Source: Candidatus Rokuibacteriota bacterium (GTDB taxonomy: Bacteria; Methylomirabilota; Methylomirabilia; Rokubacteriales; CSP1-6). Taken from it: DNA of 64,000 bases. Positions 1 through 8,880 of the stretch are shown piece after piece. The translations under genes were made by a program, and so were the position numbers. Each line of letters begins with the position of its first letter. Positions within the stretch are counted from its first letter, which is position 1. The stretch lies in assembly GCA_016209385.1 (NCBI GenBank), contig JACQWB010000265.1, forward strand, positions 13,977 to 77,976, written 5' to 3'. Below the pieces are notes generated by a model. The model saw only the letters and a program-made list of their open reading frames with translations. It had not been told where the DNA came from and ran no database searches.

Positions 1-111
1 GTCCGTCCGATCCCTCAAGAGACTGCCGGTGCTGACCTCTTCCCCTGGGCCCCGGGAGAGATCACGACTTCTCTCGCCCGCTGCCCTGCCGGGGCCTTCC
101 ACATCACCGGG

Positions 112-3100
112 ATGCGCCTCGAGCGTCTAAGCACCAACCGTTGGTGGGGCGACCTCACGGGCTACCGGGAGGACCTCAAGAGCCCGTTCACATTGCAAGG
201 GTTCCGCATCGCGGAAGGCTGGCCCGCGACGGTGACGCTCCCGCCTTACCTCGCCGATCTCGAAGATGGCTGGCGGACCCTGATCGTCGCCGCCGTGGCG
301 GAGATCGCCGAGTCTGTGTTTGCTGACCCCGAGACCTCGAGCAAGAACGTCATCTATGTCTCGGTCTCAGTTCCTGACCACATCCCCGTCGTCACCAAGG
401 TTGGCGGAGACCGCATCACGCCGGGCGACACCTTCGTCGGGATCTACGTCCATCACGCCAAGCGCTACCGCTTCGCCGCGCGGTTCGGCGAGGGGAAGAC
501 CGTGCTGGACCTGGGATGCGGAGTCGGCTACGGGAGCCGGATGCTGGCCCAAACGGCCCGGCAGGTCGTGGGGATCGAAATCTCCGCGGAGGCTGTGACG
601 TACGCCTCGCACGCGTACCACGGTCCCCGGCTTTCGTTCGGCGTCGGTGATGCGCGACAGCTCCCCTTCCCTGACGGCACGTTCGACCTCGTGGTCTGCT
701 TTGAGATGATCGAGCAAATCCGCGAGCAGCAGCAGATGCTGAAGGAGATCGCGCGGGTCCTGCGCCCCGGAGGGCAGCTGATTATCAGCACTCCCAACAA
801 GCTCATCTACGAGCGCTTTCCGGACCCAGACCACTTCCACTGCGGGCTCCTCGAACGGCGAGAATTTGAGCACCTCCTCCGCGCGGAGTTCAGCCAGGTC
901 CAGCTCTGGGCCCAGCCCAGGTTCCGGGATCTCGCTGAGATCACACTCGAGTTCGAAATCGAAAGAGATGTTCACGACGGCCAGGAGATGTTTATCGCCG
1001 TCGCCACTGGATCCCGGCGGGTGGCGGCCTTCTCAGCCAGGCGTGGCATCCCCGAGGGTCAGACGCCGCGGCGGCTCAAGGTTGTCGTGGCCACCGCGGG
1101 TAATCCGATCGCGACCTCCAGCTACTACGAGCGAGCCCTCCGCCGGCACCACGATGTCCGGACGTGGGGCCCGACCATGGACGACGGGACGCTGGGCCAG
1201 TGGCAGGCCGTGGCCGACCAGCACGCTCTCAAGGCCGCCGGCAGCGCGGAAGAGAAGATCGCGCTGCTGCGAGGGCTGATCCGCCCGGCCGATCACCCAT
1301 GCCCCAAGGGGACGCCCGACGTGAGAGAGCTGCTCCGGACCCTTCCGGCCGGGTGGCGCCCGGATCTCTTCCTCTGGATCGACAACGGCCCTGACTTCCT
1401 GCCGCTCGGGCTGGAGGCGCTGGATTGCCCCACAGCCTGCCTCATGGGCGACAGTCACACCCAGCTCGACTGGCGCCTCCGGTACGCGCAGCTCTTCCAG
1501 CACGCCTTCGTGATGTTCAACCGCCAGCACATCCCGGCCTTCCAGGCGGCCGGGTGCGCCAGCGTGCACTGGCTGCCTGCAGCGTGCGATCCCCGCGTCC
1601 ACCGGCGATTCGCCGTGGAGAAGGCCTTCGACGTCGTCTTCGTCGGCCAGACGCTCAGGCAGTGGCACCCTGACCGCGTCCGCCTGCTGGAGCGCCTCGC
1701 CGCGGCAGGTCTGAGCGTCCACGTGGCGACGAAGATCCTCGAGGAGATGGCGCTGGCGTTCGCCCGCGGGCGGCTCGTCTTCAACCGGAGCCTCGCCGGC
1801 GACCTCAACATGCGCGTCTTCGAGGCCCTCGCCACCGGGAGCCTCCTCCTCACCGACAGCCTCGCCCCCGAGTCAGGGCTCGAGGAGCTCCTGCGGGACC
1901 GCGAGCACCTGGTGCTCTACGACGAGGACAACCTGGAAGCGTTAGCCCGCTACTACCTCGACCACGCCGACGAGCGGGAGGCCATCGCCGCGCGGGGCCG
2001 GCTCGAGGTCCTGCGCCAGCACACGTACGCCCACCGCGTCGCCTCGCTCCTCGCGGCGATCCTGGGCGAGGACGCCGAGCCCTCTCCCGCCGCGGCGTCG
2101 GATCTCACGCAGGCCGCGGGTCCTGTCGCCCCCTCCCCACGCCTTCGGCGTCGGGGGCCCAGCCCCACGCTCCTCGCCACCCCCGCCCCACCCGCTTCGC
2201 GGGTACCCGGGGACCCCCGGCTCGTCGCGTGGGGCGCCCCGCTCGCCGCACCACCCGCGGCCCGCGAGGCCGAGCCGGTTAGCCCCGGCGGAGACGCGGC
2301 CCAGCTCGCCGCCTACCACAGCCAGCCTCGTCCCGAGGTCGCCGCGCTGGTGCCGCCGAGTGCCCACCGGATCCTGGATGTGGGCTGCGCCGGCGGAGCG
2401 CTCGGGCGCCTGCTGAAGGACCGGGGCGGCGTGGAGGTCGTGGGAATCGAGGCCAGCGCCGACGTCGCCCGGGTGGCCGCCGGCCACCTGGACCAGGTCT
2501 TCTGTCTCGACCTCGACGACATCCAGAGCCTCCCCTTCCCCGATGGGTGGTTCGACTGCATCGTCTGCGCCGACGTGCTCGAGCACCTGAAAGATCCCGA
2601 GCTGACGCTCGGCGTCCTGCTCCGCTACCTCTCCGCCGAGGGGCGGCTGGTCGCGAGCATCCCGAACGTCCGCCACAGTTCGGTCCTCCTCCCGCTCCTG
2701 GTGGACGGTCGCTGGCGCTATCAGCCGGAGGGGATCCTGGATCGCACCCACCTCAGGTTCTTCACGCTGGCCGAGATCCTGGAGCTGCTGCGAACGGTGG
2801 GCTTGGAGGCGGATTCCCTGAACGCGGTGACCACGCCCCTGCCCGAGGCGTGTAAGGTCCTCCGGGAGGCCGTCGAGCGCCTGGGTGGCGACCCCGCGAG
2901 GTTCGACCAGGAGGCACACGTCGTCCAGTACCTGGTCACGGCCCATCCCGCTGCTCGCCCCAAACCACGCGCGCCTCAGAGCGTGACGACGGCAACGCCC
3001 GCGGCGAGCGTCATCATCCCGGTCTGGAACCGGGCCGAGTACACTCAGGCCTGCCTGGAGGCGCTCGCGCGGACCGCCACGTTCGAGCTGGCCGAGGTCA

Positions 3101-5157
3101 TCGTCGTGGACAACGGGTCCACCGACGAGACCTCCCGGCTCCTGGCCGACTGGGCCGATCGGGTGCGGGTCATCACGAACCGAGAAAACCTCGGTTTCGC
3201 CCGAGCCTCAAACCAGGGCGCGCGGGCAGCGCGCGGGGAGCTCCTCGTCTTCCTGAACAACGACACGGTCCCTCAGCCCGGCTGGCTGGAGGCGCTGGTG
3301 AAGGAGGCCCAGGATCCCACCATCGGGATCGTCGGCGCTCGCCTCCTCTACCCGGGGAGGGAGACCGTGCAGCACGCCGGCATCGTCCTCGGCCCGGACG
3401 GGATCCCGGACCACATCTGGCGCGGGGTTCCTGCCGACGACCCGCGGGTCTCCGAGTCGAGGGATCTCGACATGGTGACCGGCGCCTGCCTCCTCATCCG
3501 GAAGAGCCTCTTCGAGCGCCTGGGCGGCCTCGACGAAGGCTACCGGAACGGCTGCGAGGACGTGGATCTCTGCCTGGCCGCCCGCCGCCAGGGCTACCGG
3601 GTCCGCTACTGCGCTGACGCGATGGTCGAGCACCACGAAGGCATGACCGAGGGGCGCTTCGCCCACGTGCGGGAGAACCTCCAGCGGCTCTTCGCCAAGT
3701 GGGGGCCCACGCTCGAGAGCCTCCCGCGCTATTCAGAAGACGTTCTTCGCCCCGGTCCTTCCCCGGCGCCGGTCACCGCGATCTGGGAGGGAAGCTTCTT
3801 CTGCCACCACAGCCTGGCCGCGGTCAACCGTGAGATCTGCCGCGAGCTGCTGGGCCGCGGCTTGGACCTGGGGCTGGCCAACTACGAGCCTCCCGAGTTC
3901 GACCCCCGCCAGGAGCCGGGGTTGGCGGCTCTGGCAGAGCGTCTCGACCATCGCCCGGCAGGAGCCCGGATCCGCGTACGCCATCGTTTCCCTCCTGATT
4001 TCTCCCGGCCTGCCGAGGAGACGCTCGTGCTCATCCAGCCGTGGGAGTTCGGCGCCGCGCCGGTTGACTGGGTGGAGGGAATTCGGCGGAACGTGGACGA
4101 GCTGTGGGTGCCCTCCCAGTATGTTAAAGATTGTTTCGTCTCGAGCGGCGTCGCCGGCGAGAGCGTCGTGGTGATCCCCAACGGCTTCGACCCGGCCATC
4201 TTCCATCCCGACGCTCCCGCAATGAACCTCCCCACGGCCAAGCGGTTCAAATTCCTCTTCGTGGGCGGGAGTATCTCGCGGAAAGGGATCGATGTGCTGC
4301 TCGCGGCTTACCTCGAGGAGTTCAGCGCGGCCGACGACGTCTGCCTCATCATCAAAGACCAGGCCTACTACCGCCACAGGCTCGACACCGCCCTGGGCGA
4401 CCTCACGCGACGCGCCGACGCGCCCGAGGTCCTCTACTTCTACGATGATGTCCTTCCGCAGCAGATGGCCGGCTACTACCGGGCGGCAGACTGTCTGGTC
4501 CATCCGTTCCGCGGCGAGGGTTTCGGAATGCCGATCCTCGAGGCGATGGCATCCGGCCTGCCGGTCCTGGTCACCGACTACGGTCCGGTCCGGGAGTTCT
4601 GCCCGGAGGATGCCGCCTGGTTCATCCCCTGCCGGACCATCGCCTTCCCGGAGCCGCGCGTTGATCACCTGAAGACGGTCGGCCATCCGGTCTGGGCAGA
4701 GCCTGATCGGACCGCGCTCCGAGCGTTGATGCGGCATGTCTCCGAGCACCCTGAGGAGTGCAGGGCGCGAGGCCGGCGGGCTGCCGAGGCTGCCCACCGC
4801 CGCTTCACCTGGGCCCACGTCGCCGACCGATACGCCGAGAGGCTGACAGCTCTGGCCAGCAGCGATACAGCCGCCGAGCGCGGAATCGGGCCCCTGCTCG
4901 CCAGGGGAATCCACCTCCTCCAGTCCGACAGGCTCAAAGAGGCCGCAGGCGTCTTCCTGGAGGCCGCCCGCCGCGAGCCCCAGAACCTGGAGGCGCTGGT
5001 CGGTGTGGCTCACTGCGCCCTGGCCCTGGGCGAGACCGAGCTGGCGCGCGGGTTCCTCAAACACATCCTGGCCGTGGACCCCGAGCACGAGGGGGCCAGG
5101 GCGAGCCTGGCCGCTCTCGACGTCGCCGAAGCACCTGAGGAGGTGCCGGCACGATGA
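112..5157 (+). CDS. Six-domain glycan-modification megaprotein (1681 aa), ordered N to C: class I SAM methyltransferase, CgeB-like GT-B domain, Pro/Ala-rich linker, second SAM methyltransferase, GT2 glycosyltransferase, GT4 (group 1) glycosyltransferase, TPR. The reading frame is open to window base 1, so the gene may be truncated at its 5' end.
   Basis: SAM-binding motifs VLDLGCGVGYGSRMLA (aa ~133) and ILDVGCAGGALGRLL (aa ~755). GT2 block SVIIPVWNRAEYTQACLEAL...VVDNGSTDET. GT1/GT4 C-terminal motif EGFGMPILEAMASGLPVLVTD. CgeB-like block WRPDLFLWIDNGPDF...AGCASVHWLPAACDP, shared with the ORFs at 8881 and 23556. TPR-like helical C-terminus. No stop in frame between base 1 and the ATG at 112, and no obvious SD. 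Confidence 0.8.
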   Translation: MRLERLSTNRWWGDLTGYREDLKSPFTLQGFRIAEGWPATVTLPPYLADLEDGWRTLIVAAVAEIAESVFADPETSSKNVIYVSVSVPDHIPVVTKVGGDRITPGDTFVGIYVHHAKRYRFAARFGEGKTVLDLGCGVGYGSRMLAQTARQVVGIEISAEAVTYASHAYHGPRLSFGVGDARQLPFPDGTFDLVVCFEMIEQIREQQQMLKEIARVLRPGGQLIISTPNKLIYERFPDPDHFHCGLLERREFEHLLRAEFSQVQLWAQPRFRDLAEITLEFEIERDVHDGQEMFIAVATGSRRVAAFSARRGIPEGQTPRRLKVVVATAGNPIATSSYYERALRRHHDVRTWGPTMDDGTLGQWQAVADQHALKAAGSAEEKIALLRGLIRPADHPCPKGTPDVRELLRTLPAGWRPDLFLWIDNGPDFLPLGLEALDCPTACLMGDSHTQLDWRLRYAQLFQHAFVMFNRQHIPAFQAAGCASVHWLPAACDPRVHRRFAVEKAFDVVFVGQTLRQWHPDRVRLLERLAAAGLSVHVATKILEEMALAFARGRLVFNRSLAGDLNMRVFEALATGSLLLTDSLAPESGLEELLRDREHLVLYDEDNLEALARYYLDHADEREAIAARGRLEVLRQHTYAHRVASLLAAILGEDAEPSPAAASDLTQAAGPVAPSPRLRRRGPSPTLLATPAPPASRVPGDPRLVAWGAPLAAPPAAREAEPVSPGGDAAQLAAYHSQPRPEVAALVPPSAHRILDVGCAGGALGRLLKDRGGVEVVGIEASADVARVAAGHLDQVFCLDLDDIQSLPFPDGWFDCIVCADVLEHLKDPELTLGVLLRYLSAEGRLVASIPNVRHSSVLLPLLVDGRWRYQPEGILDRTHLRFFTLAEILELLRTVGLEADSLNAVTTPLPEACKVLREAVERLGGDPARFDQEAHVVQYLVTAHPAARPKPRAPQSVTTATPAASVIIPVWNRAEYTQACLEALARTATFELAEVIVVDNGSTDETSRLLADWADRVRVITNRENLGFARASNQGARAARGELLVFLNNDTVPQPGWLEALVKEAQDPTIGIVGARLLYPGRETVQHAGIVLGPDGIPDHIWRGVPADDPRVSESRDLDMVTGACLLIRKSLFERLGGLDEGYRNGCEDVDLCLAARRQGYRVRYCADAMVEHHEGMTEGRFAHVRENLQRLFAKWGPTLESLPRYSEDVLRPGPSPAPVTAIWEGSFFCHHSLAAVNREICRELLGRGLDLGLANYEPPEFDPRQEPGLAALAERLDHRPAGARIRVRHRFPPDFSRPAEETLVLIQPWEFGAAPVDWVEGIRRNVDELWVPSQYVKDCFVSSGVAGESVVVIPNGFDPAIFHPDAPAMNLPTAKRFKFLFVGGSISRKGIDVLLAAYLEEFSAADDVCLIIKDQAYYRHRLDTALGDLTRRADAPEVLYFYDDVLPQQMAGYYRAADCLVHPFRGEGFGMPILEAMASGLPVLVTDYGPVREFCPEDAAWFIPCRTIAFPEPRVDHLKTVGHPVWAEPDRTALRALMRHVSEHPEECRARGRRAAEAAHRRFTWAHVADRYAERLTALASSDTAAERGIGPLLARGIHLLQSDRLKEAAGVFLEAARREPQNLEALVGVAHCALALGETELARGFLKHILAVDPEHEGARASLAALDVAEAPEEVPAR

Positions 5158-6362
5158 CCCCATCGGGCCAGCGCCTTTCCCTCTGCATGATCGTGCGCGA
5201 CGAGGAGCAGCGCCTCGCCGGGTGCCTGGCCGCTGCCCGGCCGCAGGTGGACGAGATCGTCGTGGTGGACACGGGCTCCACCGACCGGAGCGCCGAGGTC
5301 GCGTTGGGCTTCGGAGCCAAGGTGGCTCACTGGGCGTGGCGCGACGACTTCGCCGCCGCCCGGAATGAATCCCTCCGTCACGCCACCGGAGACTGGATCC
5401 TCGTCCTCGACGCCGACGAGCGGATCATCGCCGAGGAGTTCACCCAGCTCCATCCGCTCATGGAGCAGCCCGACGTCATCGGCATCGATCTCTGGCTCCG
5501 CTCCGAACTCCCTCCGGGCCAGCCGGCACCCTCGCTGGCGGCGCCGTACTGCCGGCTGTTTCGGAGCCTGCCGGGGGTCCGTTTCACGGGCAGGATCCAC
5601 GAGCAGGTGGCGCCCTCGCTTCGCGCCCTGGGCGGCAGAATCGTTCGCTCACAGGTCGAGATCCTCCATCTGGGTTACGCCGTCCCGGATGACGCCAAGC
5701 TCGCCCGCAACCTCCGCCTCCTCGCCCTGGAGCTGGAGGAGCGCCCGGACAATGCCTTCGTCCTCTTCAACCTCGGGCTGACGCTTGGAGCTCAGGCCCG
5801 GTGGCCCGAGGCGACGGAGGCGCTCCAACGCGCGCTCGCGACCCGGTCGGATCCGCTGGACCCACAGCTCCGGGCCCTGGCCTGGGCCAAGCTCGCCGAG
5901 GCCGCCCTCGCGCAGAGTCGCTGGAGCGATGCGCTGAACGCAAGCCGCCACGCCCAGGAGGGAAACGGCAAGCTGAGCCTCGCGCGCTTCGCCGAGGCCC
6001 GTGCCCGCTTCGAGCTGGGCCATACCAGGGGCGCCGAGGAGATCTTCGCGACCCTGCTCCAGGCCGCTCCGGACGCGCTCGGGATGACGCTCCACCGGCA
6101 CCTGGTGGCTCAGGCCCTCGGGATTGTCCGGCTTCGCCAGGGCGACTTCGCGGGCGCGGCCGACGCCCTCGCGCTCGCGGCGACCGACCGCGAGGATGGC
6201 GAGACGTGCTTCCTTCTGGGGAACGCCTACCTCGGTCTCCGCCGGCTCAATGCCGCCGCCCATTGGTACCGCCGGGCACAGGGCGCCGGGTACCGAGACC
6301 CGAAGCTCGACAAGCGCCTCGGCCTCTGCGAGACGGTCCTCCGAGAGCTGGAGCTGCGCTGA
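5154..6362 (+). CDS. GT2 glycosyltransferase with C-terminal TPR repeats
   Basis: LSLCMIVRDEE...[15 protein letters not shown]...[31 protein letters not shown] is a GT2 core. The C-terminal half is helical TPR-like (LGNAYLGLRRLNAAAHWYRRA). ATGA overlap with the upstream stop. Confidence 0.8.
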   Translation: MTPSGQRLSLCMIVRDEEQRLAGCLAAARPQVDEIVVVDTGSTDRSAEVALGFGAKVAHWAWRDDFAAARNESLRHATGDWILVLDADERIIAEEFTQLHPLMEQPDVIGIDLWLRSELPPGQPAPSLAAPYCRLFRSLPGVRFTGRIHEQVAPSLRALGGRIVRSQVEILHLGYAVPDDAKLARNLRLLALELEERPDNAFVLFNLGLTLGAQARWPEATEALQRALATRSDPLDPQLRALAWAKLAEAALAQSRWSDALNASRHAQEGNGKLSLARFAEARARFELGHTRGAEEIFATLLQAAPDALGMTLHRHLVAQALGIVRLRQGDFAGAADALALAATDREDGETCFLLGNAYLGLRRLNAAAHWYRRAQGAGYRDPKLDKRLGLCETVLRELELR

Positions 6363-6370
6363 GAACCGCG

Positions 6371-8125
6371 ATGGCCGACCCCACAGTCTCCCTCTGCATG
6401 ATCGTCAAGAACGAGGCCGCGGCGCTCCCCCGCTGTCTTGGGAGCGTCGCCGGCTGGGTGGACGAGATCGTGATCGTCGACACGGGCTCGACGGATCGGA
6501 CCCCTGAGATCGCGGTCGGCTTCGGCGCCAGGGTGGTGCACTGGGCCTGGCGGGATGACTTCGCCGCGGCGCGGAACGAATCCCTCCGCCACGCGACCGG
6601 CGACTGGATCCTCGTCCTCGACGCGGACGAGGCGCTCGCCGAGGGCTGCGCGCCCCGGCTGCGCGAGCTGATCCGGAACCCCGAAGCGGTGGCGTACCTG
6701 GTCAAGATTGTCTGCCCTCGCCAGGGCGATGGCGGGCTCGTCCGCCTCAACTGGTTCCCCCGGCTCTTCCGCAATCTCCCAGGGGTGGCCTTCGAGGGCG
6801 TCATCCACGAGCAGGTCATCGGAAGCCTGGCGGGCCGCGGCAGGATCGACTACTCGGACATCATCGTGGAGCACGCGGGGTACACGCTCGCGCCGGCAGA
6901 GCTCAGCGCCAAGGGGGAGCGGAACCTTCGTCTCCTCGAGCGCCAGCTCAACGATGACCCCACCTACGCCCCGGGATGGTTCCAGCTCGCCGAGACCTAC
7001 ATGCTCCTCGGGCGAGTGGACGAGGCCATCGACGCCTACCGACGCGCGCTACGCCTGCTGGAAGTCTCCTCCCTGACGCTCTCACCCCGCGTCGTGGCTC
7101 TGGCCCTCCAGAACCTCGGTGCCGCACACCTGGCACGCGGCGATACCGAGAAGGGAATCGACCATCTCCGCGAAGCCCTCCTGCTCGACCCCGACCTGCC
7201 CCCTGCCCACGTCCACCTGGGCCTCGCTGCGCTGAGGCGCGACGACCCGGGGGAGGCGGAGAAACACTTCGCTCGCGCGCTCGAAATCGCCGACCGCCTG
7301 AATCGCGAGCAGGATCCGGGCCGCGAGTACGAGATCTCGCCGTGGTTGATCCATTACCTTCGCGCCTGCGCGTTGGGGCAGCAGGGCAAGACCGACGCGG
7401 TCCGAGACGGTCTGCTGGCGGCTCTGCGACTCAACCCGGACCACGCGGAGAGCCTGTGGCTGCTTGCGCTGGCCTGCTCGGCCCTCAAAGAGTGGCCGCA
7501 GGCGCTCGAGGCGCTCGAGGCCCTGTCACGGCAGGGGCGGGATGACCTGCCGTACCACCTTCAGCGGGTCCAGGTGCTCCAGGCCCTCGAGCGCCACGAC
7601 GAAGCCGCCGCCGCCGCGCTGAGAGCCCTGGAGCGCGGTGCGGCCTCACGAGAGGCCCTCACGCTTGCCGCTCAGGCCCTGTGCCGGGACGGGCGCTGGA
7701 GCGAGGCAGCCGACGCGTACGAGAAGCTCGCCCGGCTCGTCCCTGACAACCCCCTGCCGCTGCTGGCGCTGGCCCACTGCCGGGAGGCAATGGGCGACCG
7801 GCCCGGTGCGTTCGCCGCGTATGAGCGCGCCGCCGCGATCGCTCCCGACGCCCCGCCCGTGCTCTTCGCGCTCGGGTCCTCGTGCCTGCGCGCGGGCCAG
7901 CTCGACGAAGCCGTGGCCTGCCTCGAGGAGGCGGCCGCCCGGGGCCCTGACCGGCCCGAGTACCTGGTGAACCTGACCCTCGCTCACCTGAAGCGGGGCG
8001 ACATGACACGCGCCCGCGAGGTCCTCGCCGAGCTGAGCGCCCGCGGGAGGGACCTGCCCCAGGCTGCCGAGCTCGACCGCCTCCTCCACCGCGTCGAGTC
8101 CGCCATAGAGGAGTCCTGCCCATGA
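6371..8125 (+). CDS. GT2 glycosyltransferase with long C-terminal TPR domain (paralog of 5154..6362). The six-frame ORF 5801..8125 has a spurious N-terminal extension; the start is taken at the ATG at 6371.
   Basis: [44 protein letters not shown]...[31 protein letters not shown] is near-identical in motif order to the preceding gene. About 380 aa of TPR-like repeats follow. The start lies 9 nt after the upstream stop. Confidence 0.75.
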   Translation: MADPTVSLCMIVKNEAAALPRCLGSVAGWVDEIVIVDTGSTDRTPEIAVGFGARVVHWAWRDDFAAARNESLRHATGDWILVLDADEALAEGCAPRLRELIRNPEAVAYLVKIVCPRQGDGGLVRLNWFPRLFRNLPGVAFEGVIHEQVIGSLAGRGRIDYSDIIVEHAGYTLAPAELSAKGERNLRLLERQLNDDPTYAPGWFQLAETYMLLGRVDEAIDAYRRALRLLEVSSLTLSPRVVALALQNLGAAHLARGDTEKGIDHLREALLLDPDLPPAHVHLGLAALRRDDPGEAEKHFARALEIADRLNREQDPGREYEISPWLIHYLRACALGQQGKTDAVRDGLLAALRLNPDHAESLWLLALACSALKEWPQALEALEALSRQGRDDLPYHLQRVQVLQALERHDEAAAAALRALERGAASREALTLAAQALCRDGRWSEAADAYEKLARLVPDNPLPLLALAHCREAMGDRPGAFAAYERAAAIAPDAPPVLFALGSSCLRAGQLDEAVACLEEAAARGPDRPEYLVNLTLAHLKRGDMTRAREVLAELSARGRDLPQAAELDRLLHRVESAIEESCP

Positions 8126-8877
8126 ACCGCGTGATCCACGGCACAGTCACCGTCGGCCCGGGCGTCTCGTTGGGCTGGAACGTCATCCTGCTGCAGGGGG
8201 TCGAGCTGGGCGAAGGCGTCACGATCGGCCACCACACCATCATCTACCCGGGAACCCGCATCGGCGCCCGCACCGTCATCGGCGACCACTGCGTCATCGG
8301 GCGCCGGCCCGTCACGAGCCCGGCGAGCCCACGGCACGCGAAGCAGCTCCCGCCCCTGGAGATCGGGACGGGATGCGTAATCGGAGCCTCGTGCGTGCTG
8401 GTCGCGGGATCCCGGATCGGGGACGGGGTCTTCATCGGCGATCTGGCGTCGATCGACGAACGCTGCCAGGTCAGCGACCACGTCAGCATCGGCCCGAGGG
8501 TCATGGTCGAGCCCGAGAGCTTCATCGGCGAGGCCACCGAGATCCAGGCCGGCTCCCACATCGCCGGCACCACGGTGATCGAGGACCATGTGCTTCTCGG
8601 CGCCCAGGTCACCACGGTCAACGACAACCGGATGGCCAGGGGCGGTGGACAGCGGGGGCCACGGATCCGATCGGGTGTCCGGATCGGCGCCAACGCGACG
8701 ATCCTCGGCGGCCTGACGGTCGGCGAGGACGCGGTGGTGGGCGCCGGCGCCGTCGTGCTCCGCGACGTGCCGAACTACATGGTAGCCGTCGGCGTCCCGG
8801 CCCGCGTCGTCAAAGATGTCGGCGCCGAGCAGCTGCCGACCTCGCCCGGACTTGCGATCACGATCGGCGCTCAGTGA
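8122..8877 (+). CDS. Left-handed beta-helix (hexapeptide-repeat) acetyl/acyltransferase (NeuD/PglD/WbpD-like sugar N- or O-acetyltransferase)
   Basis: Repeated [LIV]GxxxxI hexapeptide units ([55 protein letters not shown]). ATGA overlap with the upstream gene. Confidence 0.8.
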   Translation: MNRVIHGTVTVGPGVSLGWNVILLQGVELGEGVTIGHHTIIYPGTRIGARTVIGDHCVIGRRPVTSPASPRHAKQLPPLEIGTGCVIGASCVLVAGSRIGDGVFIGDLASIDERCQVSDHVSIGPRVMVEPESFIGEATEIQAGSHIAGTTVIEDHVLLGAQVTTVNDNRMARGGGQRGPRIRSGVRIGANATILGGLTVGEDAVVGAGAVVLRDVPNYMVAVGVPARVVKDVGAEQLPTSPGLAITIGAQ

Positions 8878-8880
8878 GAG

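Noticed and set aside
3733-5163. 476-aa minus-strand ORF (plus several 100-330-aa ORFs at 1033..2946) inside the megaprotein gene
   Set aside because: Antisense artefacts. The plus-strand frame carries consecutive methyltransferase, GT2 and GT4 motifs.
5801-6370. N-terminal 190-aa extension of the second GT2-TPR ORF in the six-frame track
   Set aside because: The extension overlaps the previous gene and is Arg/Pro/Gly-rich. A proper start with a conserved [13 protein letters not shown]-terminus lies at 6371.
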